Positions 17,987 to 27,200 of a stretch of DNA of 64,000 nt are shown here, piece after piece. Each line of letters starts with the position of its first letter. The first letter of the stretch is position 1. Under the pieces are notes generated by a model. It ran no database searches. It was not told where the DNA came from and worked only from the letters and a program-made list of their open reading frames with translations. Origin of the DNA: a virus; the IMG/VR virus record IMGVR_UViG_3300036792_000267, positions 64,001-128,000 of that record. One strand, given 5' to 3'. Position numbers and translations under genes: made by a program.

Positions 17987-18535
17987 ATGTACGCACTGCC
18001 CCCCGCCACCGTTACCGTGCACCCCGGCGACACGCTGTCAGCCATCGCCGGCCGCGCCTGCGGCGACCCGGCCGACTACCTCGCCCTGGCCTACAACAAC
18101 GACGTGGCCAACCCTGACCTCATCTACGCCGGGCAGGTTTTCCAGGTGGCCTGCCAGGCCGCCGCCCAGGCCATCGCCGACCGCTATAACCTGCTCGGCA
18201 GTGCCCCGCAGCCTGTCCACTACGCGTCGCAGCCCAGCCAGGCACCGCAGCAGCCCGTGTCCCAGCCTGTGGTGACCTCGGTGTCCGGCACCATCGGCTC
18301 CAGCTCGATGCAGTCGTGCATCATCGCCCGCGAGTCCGGCGGCAACGCGCAGGCCGTGAACCCGTCTTCTGGCGCCGGGGGCCTCTACCAGTTCCTGCCG
18401 TCCACCTGGCAGGCTCTCGGGCACAGCGGCCTGCCCGAGAATGCTTCTGTCGCCGAGCAGAACCAGGCGTACGCGCAGGAGGTCGCGCAGGACGGCTACA
18501 GCGCGTGGACCGCGTACGACGGATGCACCCCTTGA
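17987..18535 (+). CDS. LysM + Rpf-like transglycosylase
   Basis: VHPGDTLSAIA...NPDLIYAGQ; CIIARESGGN...GLYQFLPSTW...ASVAEQ. Confidence 0.85.
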   Translation: MYALPPATVTVHPGDTLSAIAGRACGDPADYLALAYNNDVANPDLIYAGQVFQVACQAAAQAIADRYNLLGSAPQPVHYASQPSQAPQQPVSQPVVTSVSGTIGSSSMQSCIIARESGGNAQAVNPSSGAGGLYQFLPSTWQALGHSGLPENASVAEQNQAYAQEVAQDGYSAWTAYDGCTP

Positions 18536-18554
18536 CGTTTGCTAAACTGGAGGC

Positions 18555-19088
18555 GTGAGCAAGAGACTTCCCCCGCTTCCGGTAGGCGAGCGCTTCGGGC
18601 GCTGGACGGTGGCTGGCGAATCCTTCATGAAGGACGCCGGCCACCGTGCTGTCCCCTGTGCCTGTGCGTGCGGTACACGCCAGGATGTCCTCGTATTCAG
18701 CCTGCGTAACGGCACGTCCCAGAGCTGTGGCTGCCTCAAGCGTGAACAGGTGGCGACCCTGGCTCAGCGCACGCTCACGACTCACGGGCGTGCGGGTGGC
18801 GGCGGGGACCCGCTTTACCGGCTGTGGCGGAGGATCAACCGGCGGTGCTATGACCCGAACTCCACGCAGTACCGCTGGTACGGGGCCCGGGGCATCAGTG
18901 TGTGGGAGCCGTGGCGGCATGACGCCGGGGCGTTCATCGCATACATCGAACAGCACCTCGGCCCGCGTCCGGCAGGCATGTCGCTCGACCGTGAGGACAA
19001 CGACGGGAACTACGAGCCTGGCAACCTGCGCTGGGCTACTCAGTACGAACAGGTGCACAACAGCCGGAGAGTATTGAAGGCGGGTTAA
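18555..19088 (+). CDS. HNH homing endonuclease
   Basis: CACG...SCGC...RRC...YGARGI...SLDREDNDGNYEPGNLRWAT; TGcTAAACT 6 nt before GTG. Confidence 0.9.
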   Translation: MSKRLPPLPVGERFGRWTVAGESFMKDAGHRAVPCACACGTRQDVLVFSLRNGTSQSCGCLKREQVATLAQRTLTTHGRAGGGGDPLYRLWRRINRRCYDPNSTQYRWYGARGISVWEPWRHDAGAFIAYIEQHLGPRPAGMSLDREDNDGNYEPGNLRWATQYEQVHNSRRVLKAG

Positions 19089-19152
19089 GCACCCTCCGAT
19101 TGGAAGGGCGAGCCAGGAGTTTGGCTCGCCCTTCACCATGTCTGGAGGCAGC

Positions 19153-19950
19153 ATGCCACGGCAGGCAGGTAAGTACGGACGACTCCCCCCTGACCCCGGC
19201 CGCCGCCGGCTGACCCTGGAGAAGTACCTGGACTCGCGGGTCCAGCTGTCCCGGTCCGGGCTGCCCCCGGTGCCGCTGGCCGCTGACGTCGACCGCGCCA
19301 GCGCGGTGCAGGACTGGCCGGTGTACCTCAACAACGATCTGGGCGATTGCACGATCGCGGCGATCGGCCACATGTACGGCGCGTGGACCGAGTACGCGTC
19401 CAGGGCTGAGGCACTGTTCGCCGACGACCAGATTCAGGCGGTGTACTCGCGCGTCGGCGGTTACGTGCCCGGCGACCCGTCGACTGACAACGGGTGCGTC
19501 ATGCAGGACGTGCTCGCCGACCAGCAGTCCAACGGCATCACCGACCAGGCCGGCAAGCTTCACCAGGTGGCGGGCTACGCGGCGTTCGGCAACCCGGCTG
19601 ACGAGGTACTGCTCGGGCAGGTGCTCGACGTCTTCGGCACCGTGTACGTCGGCATCAACGTCCAGCAGCAGATGGAGACCGAGTTCGCCGGCCAGCAGCC
19701 GTGGACCTGGGACCCGGCCGCGGACACCATCGGCGGCCACGCTATCTGCCTGCAGCGCCGCCTCGGCAGCGGGAACGCGCCGCTTGAGTACGTCACCTGG
19801 GGCGCTCTCCAGCCGGCCACCACCAGCTTCCAGGCGAACGCCGCCGAAGAGGCGTGGGCGGTGGTGACGCAGGACTGGCTGCAGGCCAACGGCACCACCG
19901 TGGAGGGCCTGGACCTGCAGCAGCTGCTCGCGGACATGAGGCACGTCTGA
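19153..19950 (+). CDS. papain-like cysteine peptidase (putative lysin)
   Basis: NNDLGDCTIAA...GGHAI...YVTWG. Confidence 0.65.
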   Translation: MPRQAGKYGRLPPDPGRRRLTLEKYLDSRVQLSRSGLPPVPLAADVDRASAVQDWPVYLNNDLGDCTIAAIGHMYGAWTEYASRAEALFADDQIQAVYSRVGGYVPGDPSTDNGCVMQDVLADQQSNGITDQAGKLHQVAGYAAFGNPADEVLLGQVLDVFGTVYVGINVQQQMETEFAGQQPWTWDPAADTIGGHAICLQRRLGSGNAPLEYVTWGALQPATTSFQANAAEEAWAVVTQDWLQANGTTVEGLDLQQLLADMRHV

Positions 19951-19953
19951 GTC

Positions 19954-20481
19954 GTGAACGCGACCGCCATCGCCATCCTGGGCGTCGTGGGCGCGCTGCT
20001 GGGCGGCGGTGGCGCAGTCCTGGGCGTCCTCTACGCCAGGGCGCGCAACGCACGAGACGACCTGAAGGCGGAGGTCAAGGCGGCGGAGGCTGCCAAGGCC
20101 GAGCGGGACGCGACGCACGTACTCGCGCAGTCGGCGTATGCCCTGGCCGAAGCGGGACGCACGGAAGCCCGCGGGCTTCGCTCGGAGGTGACAGCTCAAG
20201 ACTCCCGGCTGGCCATCTTGGAATCCAAGATGGACGTCTTTTGGAGAAATGTGGCTTTCGACGTGAGCAAGATTCTGCACAGCCCGCACCCGGGGTGGGA
20301 AGAGCTGGATGCCCTGCTGGAGAAGTTCCAGGCTCGCGACATCACTGACCTGGAAATGGCCGACTTGGAGACCCAGCTGCGGGACATGGTTGAGGGCCGG
20401 TGGGTGCCGACCGAGGTAACGCGCGCGGACCAGGTGGCCGCGAGCCTGCTACTGCGGGCGATTGAGCAGACGAGGGTGTGA
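19954..20481 (+). CDS. membrane-anchored coiled-coil protein (holin-like)
   Basis: N-terminal TM helix plus coiled coil in lysis cassette. Confidence 0.55.
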   Translation: MNATAIAILGVVGALLGGGGAVLGVLYARARNARDDLKAEVKAAEAAKAERDATHVLAQSAYALAEAGRTEARGLRSEVTAQDSRLAILESKMDVFWRNVAFDVSKILHSPHPGWEELDALLEKFQARDITDLEMADLETQLRDMVEGRWVPTEVTRADQVAASLLLRAIEQTRV

Positions 20482-20484
20482 GTG

Positions 20485-20823
20485 ATGCCTGAAGCTGCCG
20501 CGCACAAGCTGCAAGACGTGGTTGACGACATAACCGGGTACAAGCGCCGGACCAGGTGGTGGAGGTGGGGCACGGCCCTGGTCGCCGTGGCCGCCGTCCT
20601 GCTGTACGTCCGGGTGCACCAGAGCCAGATAGACAACTGCGTAGCCGGCAACCAGACCAAGGTCCAGCAGGCGCAGTTGTGGGACACGCTGTTCGACCTG
20701 GCGGCCAAGGGGAGCACCGGGCCGCCGAGCGCGCAGACGCAGAAGCTGACGTCGGAGTTCCTGGGCGACGTCAAGGCTACTTACGCGCCTGTCGACTGCG
20801 CCGCGCGCTACCCGTTCTGGTGA
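20485..20823 (+). CDS. membrane protein (lysis cassette)
   Basis: single TM helix, two Cys in external domain. Confidence 0.55.
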   Translation: MPEAAAHKLQDVVDDITGYKRRTRWWRWGTALVAVAAVLLYVRVHQSQIDNCVAGNQTKVQQAQLWDTLFDLAAKGSTGPPSAQTQKLTSEFLGDVKATYAPVDCAARYPFW

Positions 20824-20857
20824 CAGCGCTCTGTTGTCCTTTCCGCGTATTAAAGGT

Positions 20858-21427
20858 ATGGGCAAAAGACTCGACATACCCGTAGGCACGAGATTCGGGA
20901 AGCTGGAAGTCATCGGAGAGGGCGAGCCGAAGGCGTACGGGAAGGACCGGCCGAGCCGCACACTGCGGTGCCGGTGCGAATGCGGGAACGTGGTGGACGT
21001 TACCGTGCGCAAGTTGGTGCACTTGGGCCAGATCTCGTGTAGTCGGTCGTGCGGTAACACCAAGCACGGGCTCGCGCGGCGCAGTACCAGGGACCCTATC
21101 TATAACTGCTGGCAGAGCATCTGGGCACGGACGAACAACCCGAAGGCGACCGGCTACAAGTACTGGGGCGGGCGCGGCATCAGGATGCACGAGCCCTGGA
21201 AAGACCCGGCAGTGTTCAAGGCCGAGGTGGAGGCCGAGATCGGCTTGCGCCCGAGCCAGGACATGAGCGTGGAGCGCATCGACGTTAACGGGCACTACGT
21301 GCCAGGGAACATTATGTGGCTGCCTAAGTCGAAGCAGCCCCTGAGCCGACGTCCTGTCTACAACAGCACGGACGTGGAGGCGATGCTGGCCGCGCACCAC
21401 TGTGCGTGCTGCTCGCGCACCCCTTAA
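20858..21427 (+). CDS. HNH homing endonuclease
   Basis: GTRFGKL...CRCECG...WGGRGI...SVERIDVNGHYVPGNIMW. Confidence 0.9.
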   Translation: MGKRLDIPVGTRFGKLEVIGEGEPKAYGKDRPSRTLRCRCECGNVVDVTVRKLVHLGQISCSRSCGNTKHGLARRSTRDPIYNCWQSIWARTNNPKATGYKYWGGRGIRMHEPWKDPAVFKAEVEAEIGLRPSQDMSVERIDVNGHYVPGNIMWLPKSKQPLSRRPVYNSTDVEAMLAAHHCACCSRTP

Positions 21428-21484
21428 AAGCACAACCGATTAAACCTCCCGAAGGCGCAACCGGCCATCGGGAGGTCTGTCGTT

Positions 21485-22144
21485 ATGCCGACTGCCAGCA
21501 ACACTTATGCCGGCACCCCGTTCGAGGGCTTTTCGCTGAGCCACGCCGCGATTCTCAACGGCTCTACCGGAGCTGAAGGTGCCACTGTCTACGGCGTGCG
21601 GAACGGCACGATCTCGACGGACCAGGGCAACTTCGAAAACACCGGCGACGACGTCGTGTTGTCCGAACACTTCTGGATAAATTTTGCGAATGTGACCATT
21701 GAAGAGGGTTATATCCCCTTCAGCACGATCGCCTACATCACCGGCACGACGGTCACCAGCTCCGGCGCAGCGGGCGCGGACTACTACGCCATCCCGCTGT
21801 GGACCCTGGCAAGCATGAACCAGGTGACCCAGCCGCTGGCTATCCGCGTGCCGTCCAAGGACGCCGGCGGACAGATCCGGACGCTGGACTTCATCCTGTA
21901 CCGCGTACAGTTCCAGCCGTTCAACTTCACCGGCCCGAGCTACAAGACGGGCCTGAGCTGCAGCATCGCGGGCCGCGCGCTGTTCAGCACTGTCAACGAG
22001 GTCGGCGCGTCGCTGCCTGCCGCTTACGGCGGCACCTCCGGCTCGGCCGGCACCGCCATCGGCCGCCTCGTGTCCCTGCCGGGCACTGAGACGGGCGCGT
22101 TCGTGCCGGAGCCGTTCGGGGCCGGCGGCGGGACGGTGGTCTGA
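21485..22144 (+). CDS. major tail (tube) protein
   Basis: 219 aa beta-rich; ENTGDD; upstream of chaperones and tape measure; GGGAGGT RBS. Confidence 0.75.
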   Translation: MPTASNTYAGTPFEGFSLSHAAILNGSTGAEGATVYGVRNGTISTDQGNFENTGDDVVLSEHFWINFANVTIEEGYIPFSTIAYITGTTVTSSGAAGADYYAIPLWTLASMNQVTQPLAIRVPSKDAGGQIRTLDFILYRVQFQPFNFTGPSYKTGLSCSIAGRALFSTVNEVGASLPAAYGGTSGSAGTAIGRLVSLPGTETGAFVPEPFGAGGGTVV

Positions 22145-22146
22145 CC

Positions 22147-22359
22147 GTGGCAGGCAGGCACCGCAGGAAGGGCGAGGACAAGGCCGCCGAGCCCCTGCCG
22201 GGCACGGCGGCCATGGGCCAGGGCCAGCCAGAGGCCGGGGTGGAAGCCCCGGACGAGGACATGCCCGAGCAGCCGGACAACGTGGTGACCGGCGGCGAGG
22301 CTCTGGAAGAGCAGCAGCGCAACCCCGACCTGGACGACAACAGCGGAGCCCGCCCGTAG
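22147..22359 (+). CDS. small acidic hypothetical protein
   Basis: follows tail tube gene. Confidence 0.55.
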   Translation: MAGRHRRKGEDKAAEPLPGTAAMGQGQPEAGVEAPDEDMPEQPDNVVTGGEALEEQQRNPDLDDNSGARP

Positions 22360-22493
22360 CTGCGTAAGCTGGCTGTTGGCTGAGGAAGGCCGAGAACGGC
22401 GCGCTTGGGCACAGGGGAGACCCTGAAGCGCGCCGTTCGCATGTCCGCCGATTGTCCCGGCATCAGCCCCGAGAGTCCCTGAGAGGACCCGTT

Positions 22494-23174
22494 ATGCCGG
22501 ATAACAGTGAACTGGATCGTATCGATCCACAGCCGGAGACGTGCAAGCTGTCCACCGGCTTCGAGGTCGACATCGTGCGGATGCGCACCCGCCAGTTCTT
22601 CCGCTTGCTGCGCGTGCTGACCCACGGGGCAGGCCCCGCGCTCACCCAGTCCGGGCTCGACTTCGCGGCCGGAGGCGAGGAGTTCACCCAGAAGCTGCTC
22701 ATGCTCGTGGTGATGTCCATCCCCGACGCCGAGCAGGAGGCCATCGGCTTCCTGGCGTCAATGTGCCGGCCGTCCGGCATCACGGACAAGGCTGCCTCCC
22801 AGCTGACCAAGCAGGAAAACGAGGCCAACCAGGCGCTGTGGACCCGGTTCAACGAGGAGCTGCACAACCCTGACCTGGAGGACACCCTCGACCTGGTTGA
22901 GATTATCGTCCGGCAGGAGTCGCCTGAGCTGCAGGCCCTGGGGAAAAAACTCCAGCGGACGTTCAAGATCTTCCAGGCGACGGGCCAGGACAGGGAGGCC
23001 CCGGAGCCGGAGGCGAGCCCGCAGGAGATCAACTCGCCGGAGCGTTCGCCTCAGCTTTCGACGTCCTCAGCCACGAGTACGGGTGGACCGACGAGTACGT
23101 CCTCGACCTCCCGGTCTGCCGGCTCCGGCAGTGCCTCGAAGCGGCGGGCGCACGCCGGAAGCGAGAGCAGCTAA
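22494..23174 (+). CDS. tail assembly chaperone (gpG-like)
   Basis: between tube and tape measure; S/T-rich tail overlapping a -1 frame ORF. Confidence 0.7.
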   Translation: MPDNSELDRIDPQPETCKLSTGFEVDIVRMRTRQFFRLLRVLTHGAGPALTQSGLDFAAGGEEFTQKLLMLVVMSIPDAEQEAIGFLASMCRPSGITDKAASQLTKQENEANQALWTRFNEELHNPDLEDTLDLVEIIVRQESPELQALGKKLQRTFKIFQATGQDREAPEPEASPQEINSPERSPQLSTSSATSTGGPTSTSSTSRSAGSGSASKRRAHAGSESS

Positions 23175-23506
23175 GCCGCCTGCGGCTGGCCGAATGGCAG
23201 GTGAAGATGGTGTGCCAGTTCATCGGCGCGCAGGCCATGGTGGACACCAAGGCGCACGGCGGCAAGAACCCGCTGGTGGAGCTGGCCGCATCCATCGACA
23301 TCTTCGGCGGCAAGTCCCCCGAGGAGCAGGAGCTTGACCGCATTCGCGGGCCGAAGGTGGCCGACTCGGTTGAGGACGACCCGCGGTTCGGCAAGGTGGC
23401 CGCCGACCCCGACGCCGGCGTGGAGGCCGCGAATGCGAGCGGTTCGTATGAGGCTTTCATGGCCATGATGGGCGGACCGCCGCCTATGCCGGGCCGCGGG
23501 GGGTGA
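22940..23506 (+). CDS. tail assembly chaperone extension (gpT-like, -1 frame)
   Basis: -1 frame open from GGGGAAAAAA at 22940 through FDVLSHEYGWTDEYVLDLP to TGA 23506; exact shift site uncertain. Confidence 0.6.
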   Translation, partial: GEKTPADVQDLPGDGPGQGGPGAGGEPAGDQLAGAFASAFDVLSHEYGWTDEYVLDLPVCRLRQCLEAAGARRKREQLSRLRLAEWQVKMVCQFIGAQAMVDTKAHGGKNPLVELAASIDIFGGKSPEEQELDRIRGPKVADSVEDDPRFGKVAADPDAGVEAANASGSYEAFMAMMGGPPPMPGRGG

Positions 23507-23528
23507 GGGCGTGGGCGTAGTAGTCAGC

Positions 23529-24230
23529 ATGGTACGTAATTCATCAATGCTGTCCGACGAGTCTTGGCTGCGCGAGCGCTACCTCGTTGACGAACTGTCC
23601 ACCACCGCCATTGCGGCGCTGGCCAACTGCTCTCAGGCCACGGTGTGCAACCGGCTGGCCGGGTACGGAATCCCGCGGCGTCCCCGAGGTCGCTTTACGC
23701 AGAGCCGGATCGACGCTGACGGCCGAGAGTGCACGGCTTGCGGTGACTACAAAGCGTGGAACGAGTACTCGCCTAGCAAGCCGACGCAGCCAGGCGGCCG
23801 GTACTCCGTCTGCAAGGTCTGCTGGAACGGCACGCGCGGTGGCGGCCCCGGTAACCGGAATGGCGAGTACCGTGCGTGGGCACTCAAGCGCATGGGCATC
23901 ACGCAAGCCGAGTACGACTGGCTGCTAGCCCTGCAGAAGGGCGTGTGCGCTCTCCATGGTGGCCCGGAGACTAGGAAGGGTGCGCTGTACCTTTCCGTCG
24001 ACCACGACCACAACTGCTGTCCGCCGGTAAAGGTCGGGCAGACCCGGTGCTGCAAGAAGTGCATCCGCGGCCTGCTCTGCCACGACTGCAACCACATGGT
24101 CGGCCTAGCTGAGAAGCTAGGTCAGGCGTGGCGGTTCCCTGATTACCTGGGCTCGCGCCCCTTCATGGGGAAGGGGGTGGTGCTCATGACGCCTTATTCT
24201 GAGCCTCTGAGCCACAGTTGTGGCTTATGA
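23529..24230 (+). CDS. endonuclease VII-like homing endonuclease with N-terminal HTH
   Basis: WLRERYL...IA...GIPRR; QKGVCALHG...LSVDHDH.CC...CIRGLLCHDCN. Confidence 0.85.
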   Translation: MVRNSSMLSDESWLRERYLVDELSTTAIAALANCSQATVCNRLAGYGIPRRPRGRFTQSRIDADGRECTACGDYKAWNEYSPSKPTQPGGRYSVCKVCWNGTRGGGPGNRNGEYRAWALKRMGITQAEYDWLLALQKGVCALHGGPETRKGALYLSVDHDHNCCPPVKVGQTRCCKKCIRGLLCHDCNHMVGLAEKLGQAWRFPDYLGSRPFMGKGVVLMTPYSEPLSHSCGL

Positions 24231-27200
24231 GGGACCAGAATACTGGTTAGATCGCTTTGGTATGTAATTTACAAGGCGATCGGTTTAACATTCAGGTGAC
24301 TTCGGCGACCTGATGCGGGACGCGGCGCAGGCTAAGGCCGCGCTGCAGGGGATGGGCGATGCGGCCAAGGCGGAGACCGCGGCCGAGGTGGCGGGCGCGA
24401 CCCAGGCCGCCGCCGCGCGCGGCAAGGGCATCACGTCCATCCAGCAGGAGACGCAGGCCCTTAACCAGCTCGCCAACGCCGCCAAGCAGACCAACGTCCA
24501 GCTGCTCTACGGCGGCCGGAATGACATGACCCAGCACCTGAGCGACCTGGCTCAGGAGCTGAACTACACCACCTTGCTCAACCGGCAGAAGTGGCTCGGC
24601 TTCTCCTCCGTCCAGCAGGCCATGTCGTACCGCCAGCAGATGTATAACCTGGCGCTGCTGGAGAACAAAGCGCACTTCGCCGGCTACCTGACCGCGGACC
24701 AGTACCTGGGCTTCCTGCAGCGCGAGACCGCCCAGACCGCGGCGCTGTCGGCCGCCATCCGCGACCGCAGCGCGGCCATCGGCGCCGAGACCCAGATGCT
24801 GCTCGCGCACGCCAACGCGCTGCAGGGCACCCACGCGACGGCAGGCAGCCTGGGCGAGGGCCTGAGCACGGTCAACGCCTACAACGTGGCGCTGGTCGGG
24901 CTGCCGGACACGGTGGTCACCAAGGCCGTCCTTGATGACAGCCAGGCGATGTCGCAGCTGGCTGCCTACCGCGCGGCGCTGACCTCGCTTCCCAACGCGG
25001 AGACCACCGACATCACCTCGGTTGCCACCCGGCTGGGCGGCGTCCCGCTGACGGGCGCGCGCCAGGCGGTGCCGGTCAGCGTCCGCCCCGAGATCGACTA
25101 CGCCGCGATCAACAAGATGCTGTCCCAGGCGGTCGCCGGGGCGCACCCGGAGGCGCTGCGCGCGCCGCTGGCCATCACCGGGTCGGGAGCGGCGGATTCC
25201 GCGCTGTCGGCCACGGCGGATTCCGCGCTGTCGGCCACGGCGGACGACGCCGGCGCGCTGTCGGCGTCCATGTCCGAGCTGAGCGACAAGGCGGCCATTT
25301 CCGCCGAGGCAATCAGCAAGTTCCAGGACTCCCTCGCGCTGGCCGCGGTCGACGCCCGCGCGCTGGAGCAGGGACTCGGGCGCCTGTCGGCCGCCGAGCA
25401 GCTGCTGTCTGAGGTTAACGCCCAGTTCGTGCCGCAGAAAGGCCGCAAGAAGGCGGCGGCTGCCGACCCGGCGCAGAACCTCGCTGACCTGTACGGGCTG
25501 CAGGACGTCGCCGGCGCGCTGCGCGAGGGCGCGATCTCCGACGCGCCGCGCGGCTACCCGCTGTCCGCCCCGGGCATGAAGATCATCCCGCCGACGCAGG
25601 CGGGAGAAGAAGACCTGTGGTCGGGGCTGTCCAAGTACATGCAGGGCGGCAAGGCCGCGGGGACTGCCACCGAGAAGGTTGCCGTCGAGGGCGGCCAGGA
25701 GGCCGAGGCGACCCTCGACAAGATCGCCGTCCAGATGGAGTGGCTGGACCATGAGGATGCCAAGCCGAAGCTAGAGCTGGAAGGCGGCCAGGAGGCGCTA
25801 GACGACGCCTACCACCTGGACGGCGTACTCGTCGGCCTGACTTACGAGCGCGCGGAGCCGGAAGTCGCCCTGCAAGGCGGAGCCGAGGCGCTGGGAGAAG
25901 TCACCGCCCTGGACGAGGGGCTGCACGAGATCCCGCACGAGACTGACACCGTCCTGGTGGTCGAGTCCTCCGGGGCCTCCAGCGAGGTCCGCGATTACAG
26001 CCGCGACATTGAGGACATCGAGCGTGAGGTGGGCACTCGCGCCGACTTCGAGGACACCGAGGCGGAGAGCGGGCTGTCGCGCTGGCTGACCGCCCTGGCT
26101 GCGGCGGTCCAGCACAAGTACGACTTCTACGCCAGCTTCAACGACGACGCGGCCAAGGCCGAGCTGGCCGGGTGGATCAGCGAGCTTGAGGCGGCACGCG
26201 CCGAGGAGAACCGCATCACCGCCGGCATGGGCGGTGCCTCCGGTGGCGGTGGCGGCGGAGGGCCGCCTGTTCCCCCTGCTGCCGCCGGCGACGCGCCCAA
26301 CCCGGATGACCGGGCGATGTGGGAGGCCGTCGCCGCCGAGATGGCCAAGGTAGACGCCCTCTTCAAGAACACCGGCCGTGACGCCGCTGCCGCCGGGGCC
26401 GCCGCGTCCAAGGCCGGCCGGGACGGCGCGCAGGCGGTCACCTCGATGGTGCTGCCGCTGACCAACGGCGCGCGCGGCTGGTTCGGCCTGCTCACCCAGG
26501 TCAACCTGTTCGGCGGCCTGCTGCCCGGCATCCTGGGCCACACCACGGCCCTGCACTTCGTCCTTGACGCGATCATCGAGACGATCGCCATCCTGCTGCC
26601 GGCCATCGTCACCATGGCAGCCGGGCTGACCGCGTTCGGCATCGCTGGCTACGACGCCGGCAAGGCGGTCTACGAGCGCCTGACGGCGATTCACACCGCG
26701 GCCGACGCCACCGGCCAGTCCATCCCGCCGCTGACCGGGAACCTGGAGAAGCTGCACGACACGGTGCGCCCGCAGGTCTGGCAGTTGTATGGCGACGCCA
26801 TCACCGTCGCGGGGGCGAAGTCCGGGCTCTTCAACCAGCTGGCCATCCAGACCGGGAACGTGGTCGACCGGCTGGCCGCGCGGCTGACGGTGGACCTGGT
26901 GCAGGGTGGCCAGGGGCTGAAGACGTTCCTGTCGGTCGGCGCGGAGAACCTGGCCAAGCTCGGCACCATCTTCGACAACCTCGGCAAGGCCCTGATGGCG
27001 TTCATCAAGGTCACCGAGGACACCCACATTGACCAGATTTTCCTGGCCATCTTCGTGGCGCTGTCCCAGTTCCTGGTGCTCATCACCAAGCTGCCCACCC
27101 CGTTGCTCGCCGCCGTGGTCGCGCTGCACGCGTTCTGGCTGTGGGGCGGCCTGCTGGCCACCGTGGTCCTGCAGATGCTCAACCCGCTGCGCTCGCTGGC

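Noticed and set aside
7692-24300. Pseudogenisation or sequencing error at capsid and tape measure
   Set aside because: Three of three breaks begin with the rarest codon and end with a copy of the preceding codon, while the rest of the genes are intact; not formally excluded without reads.
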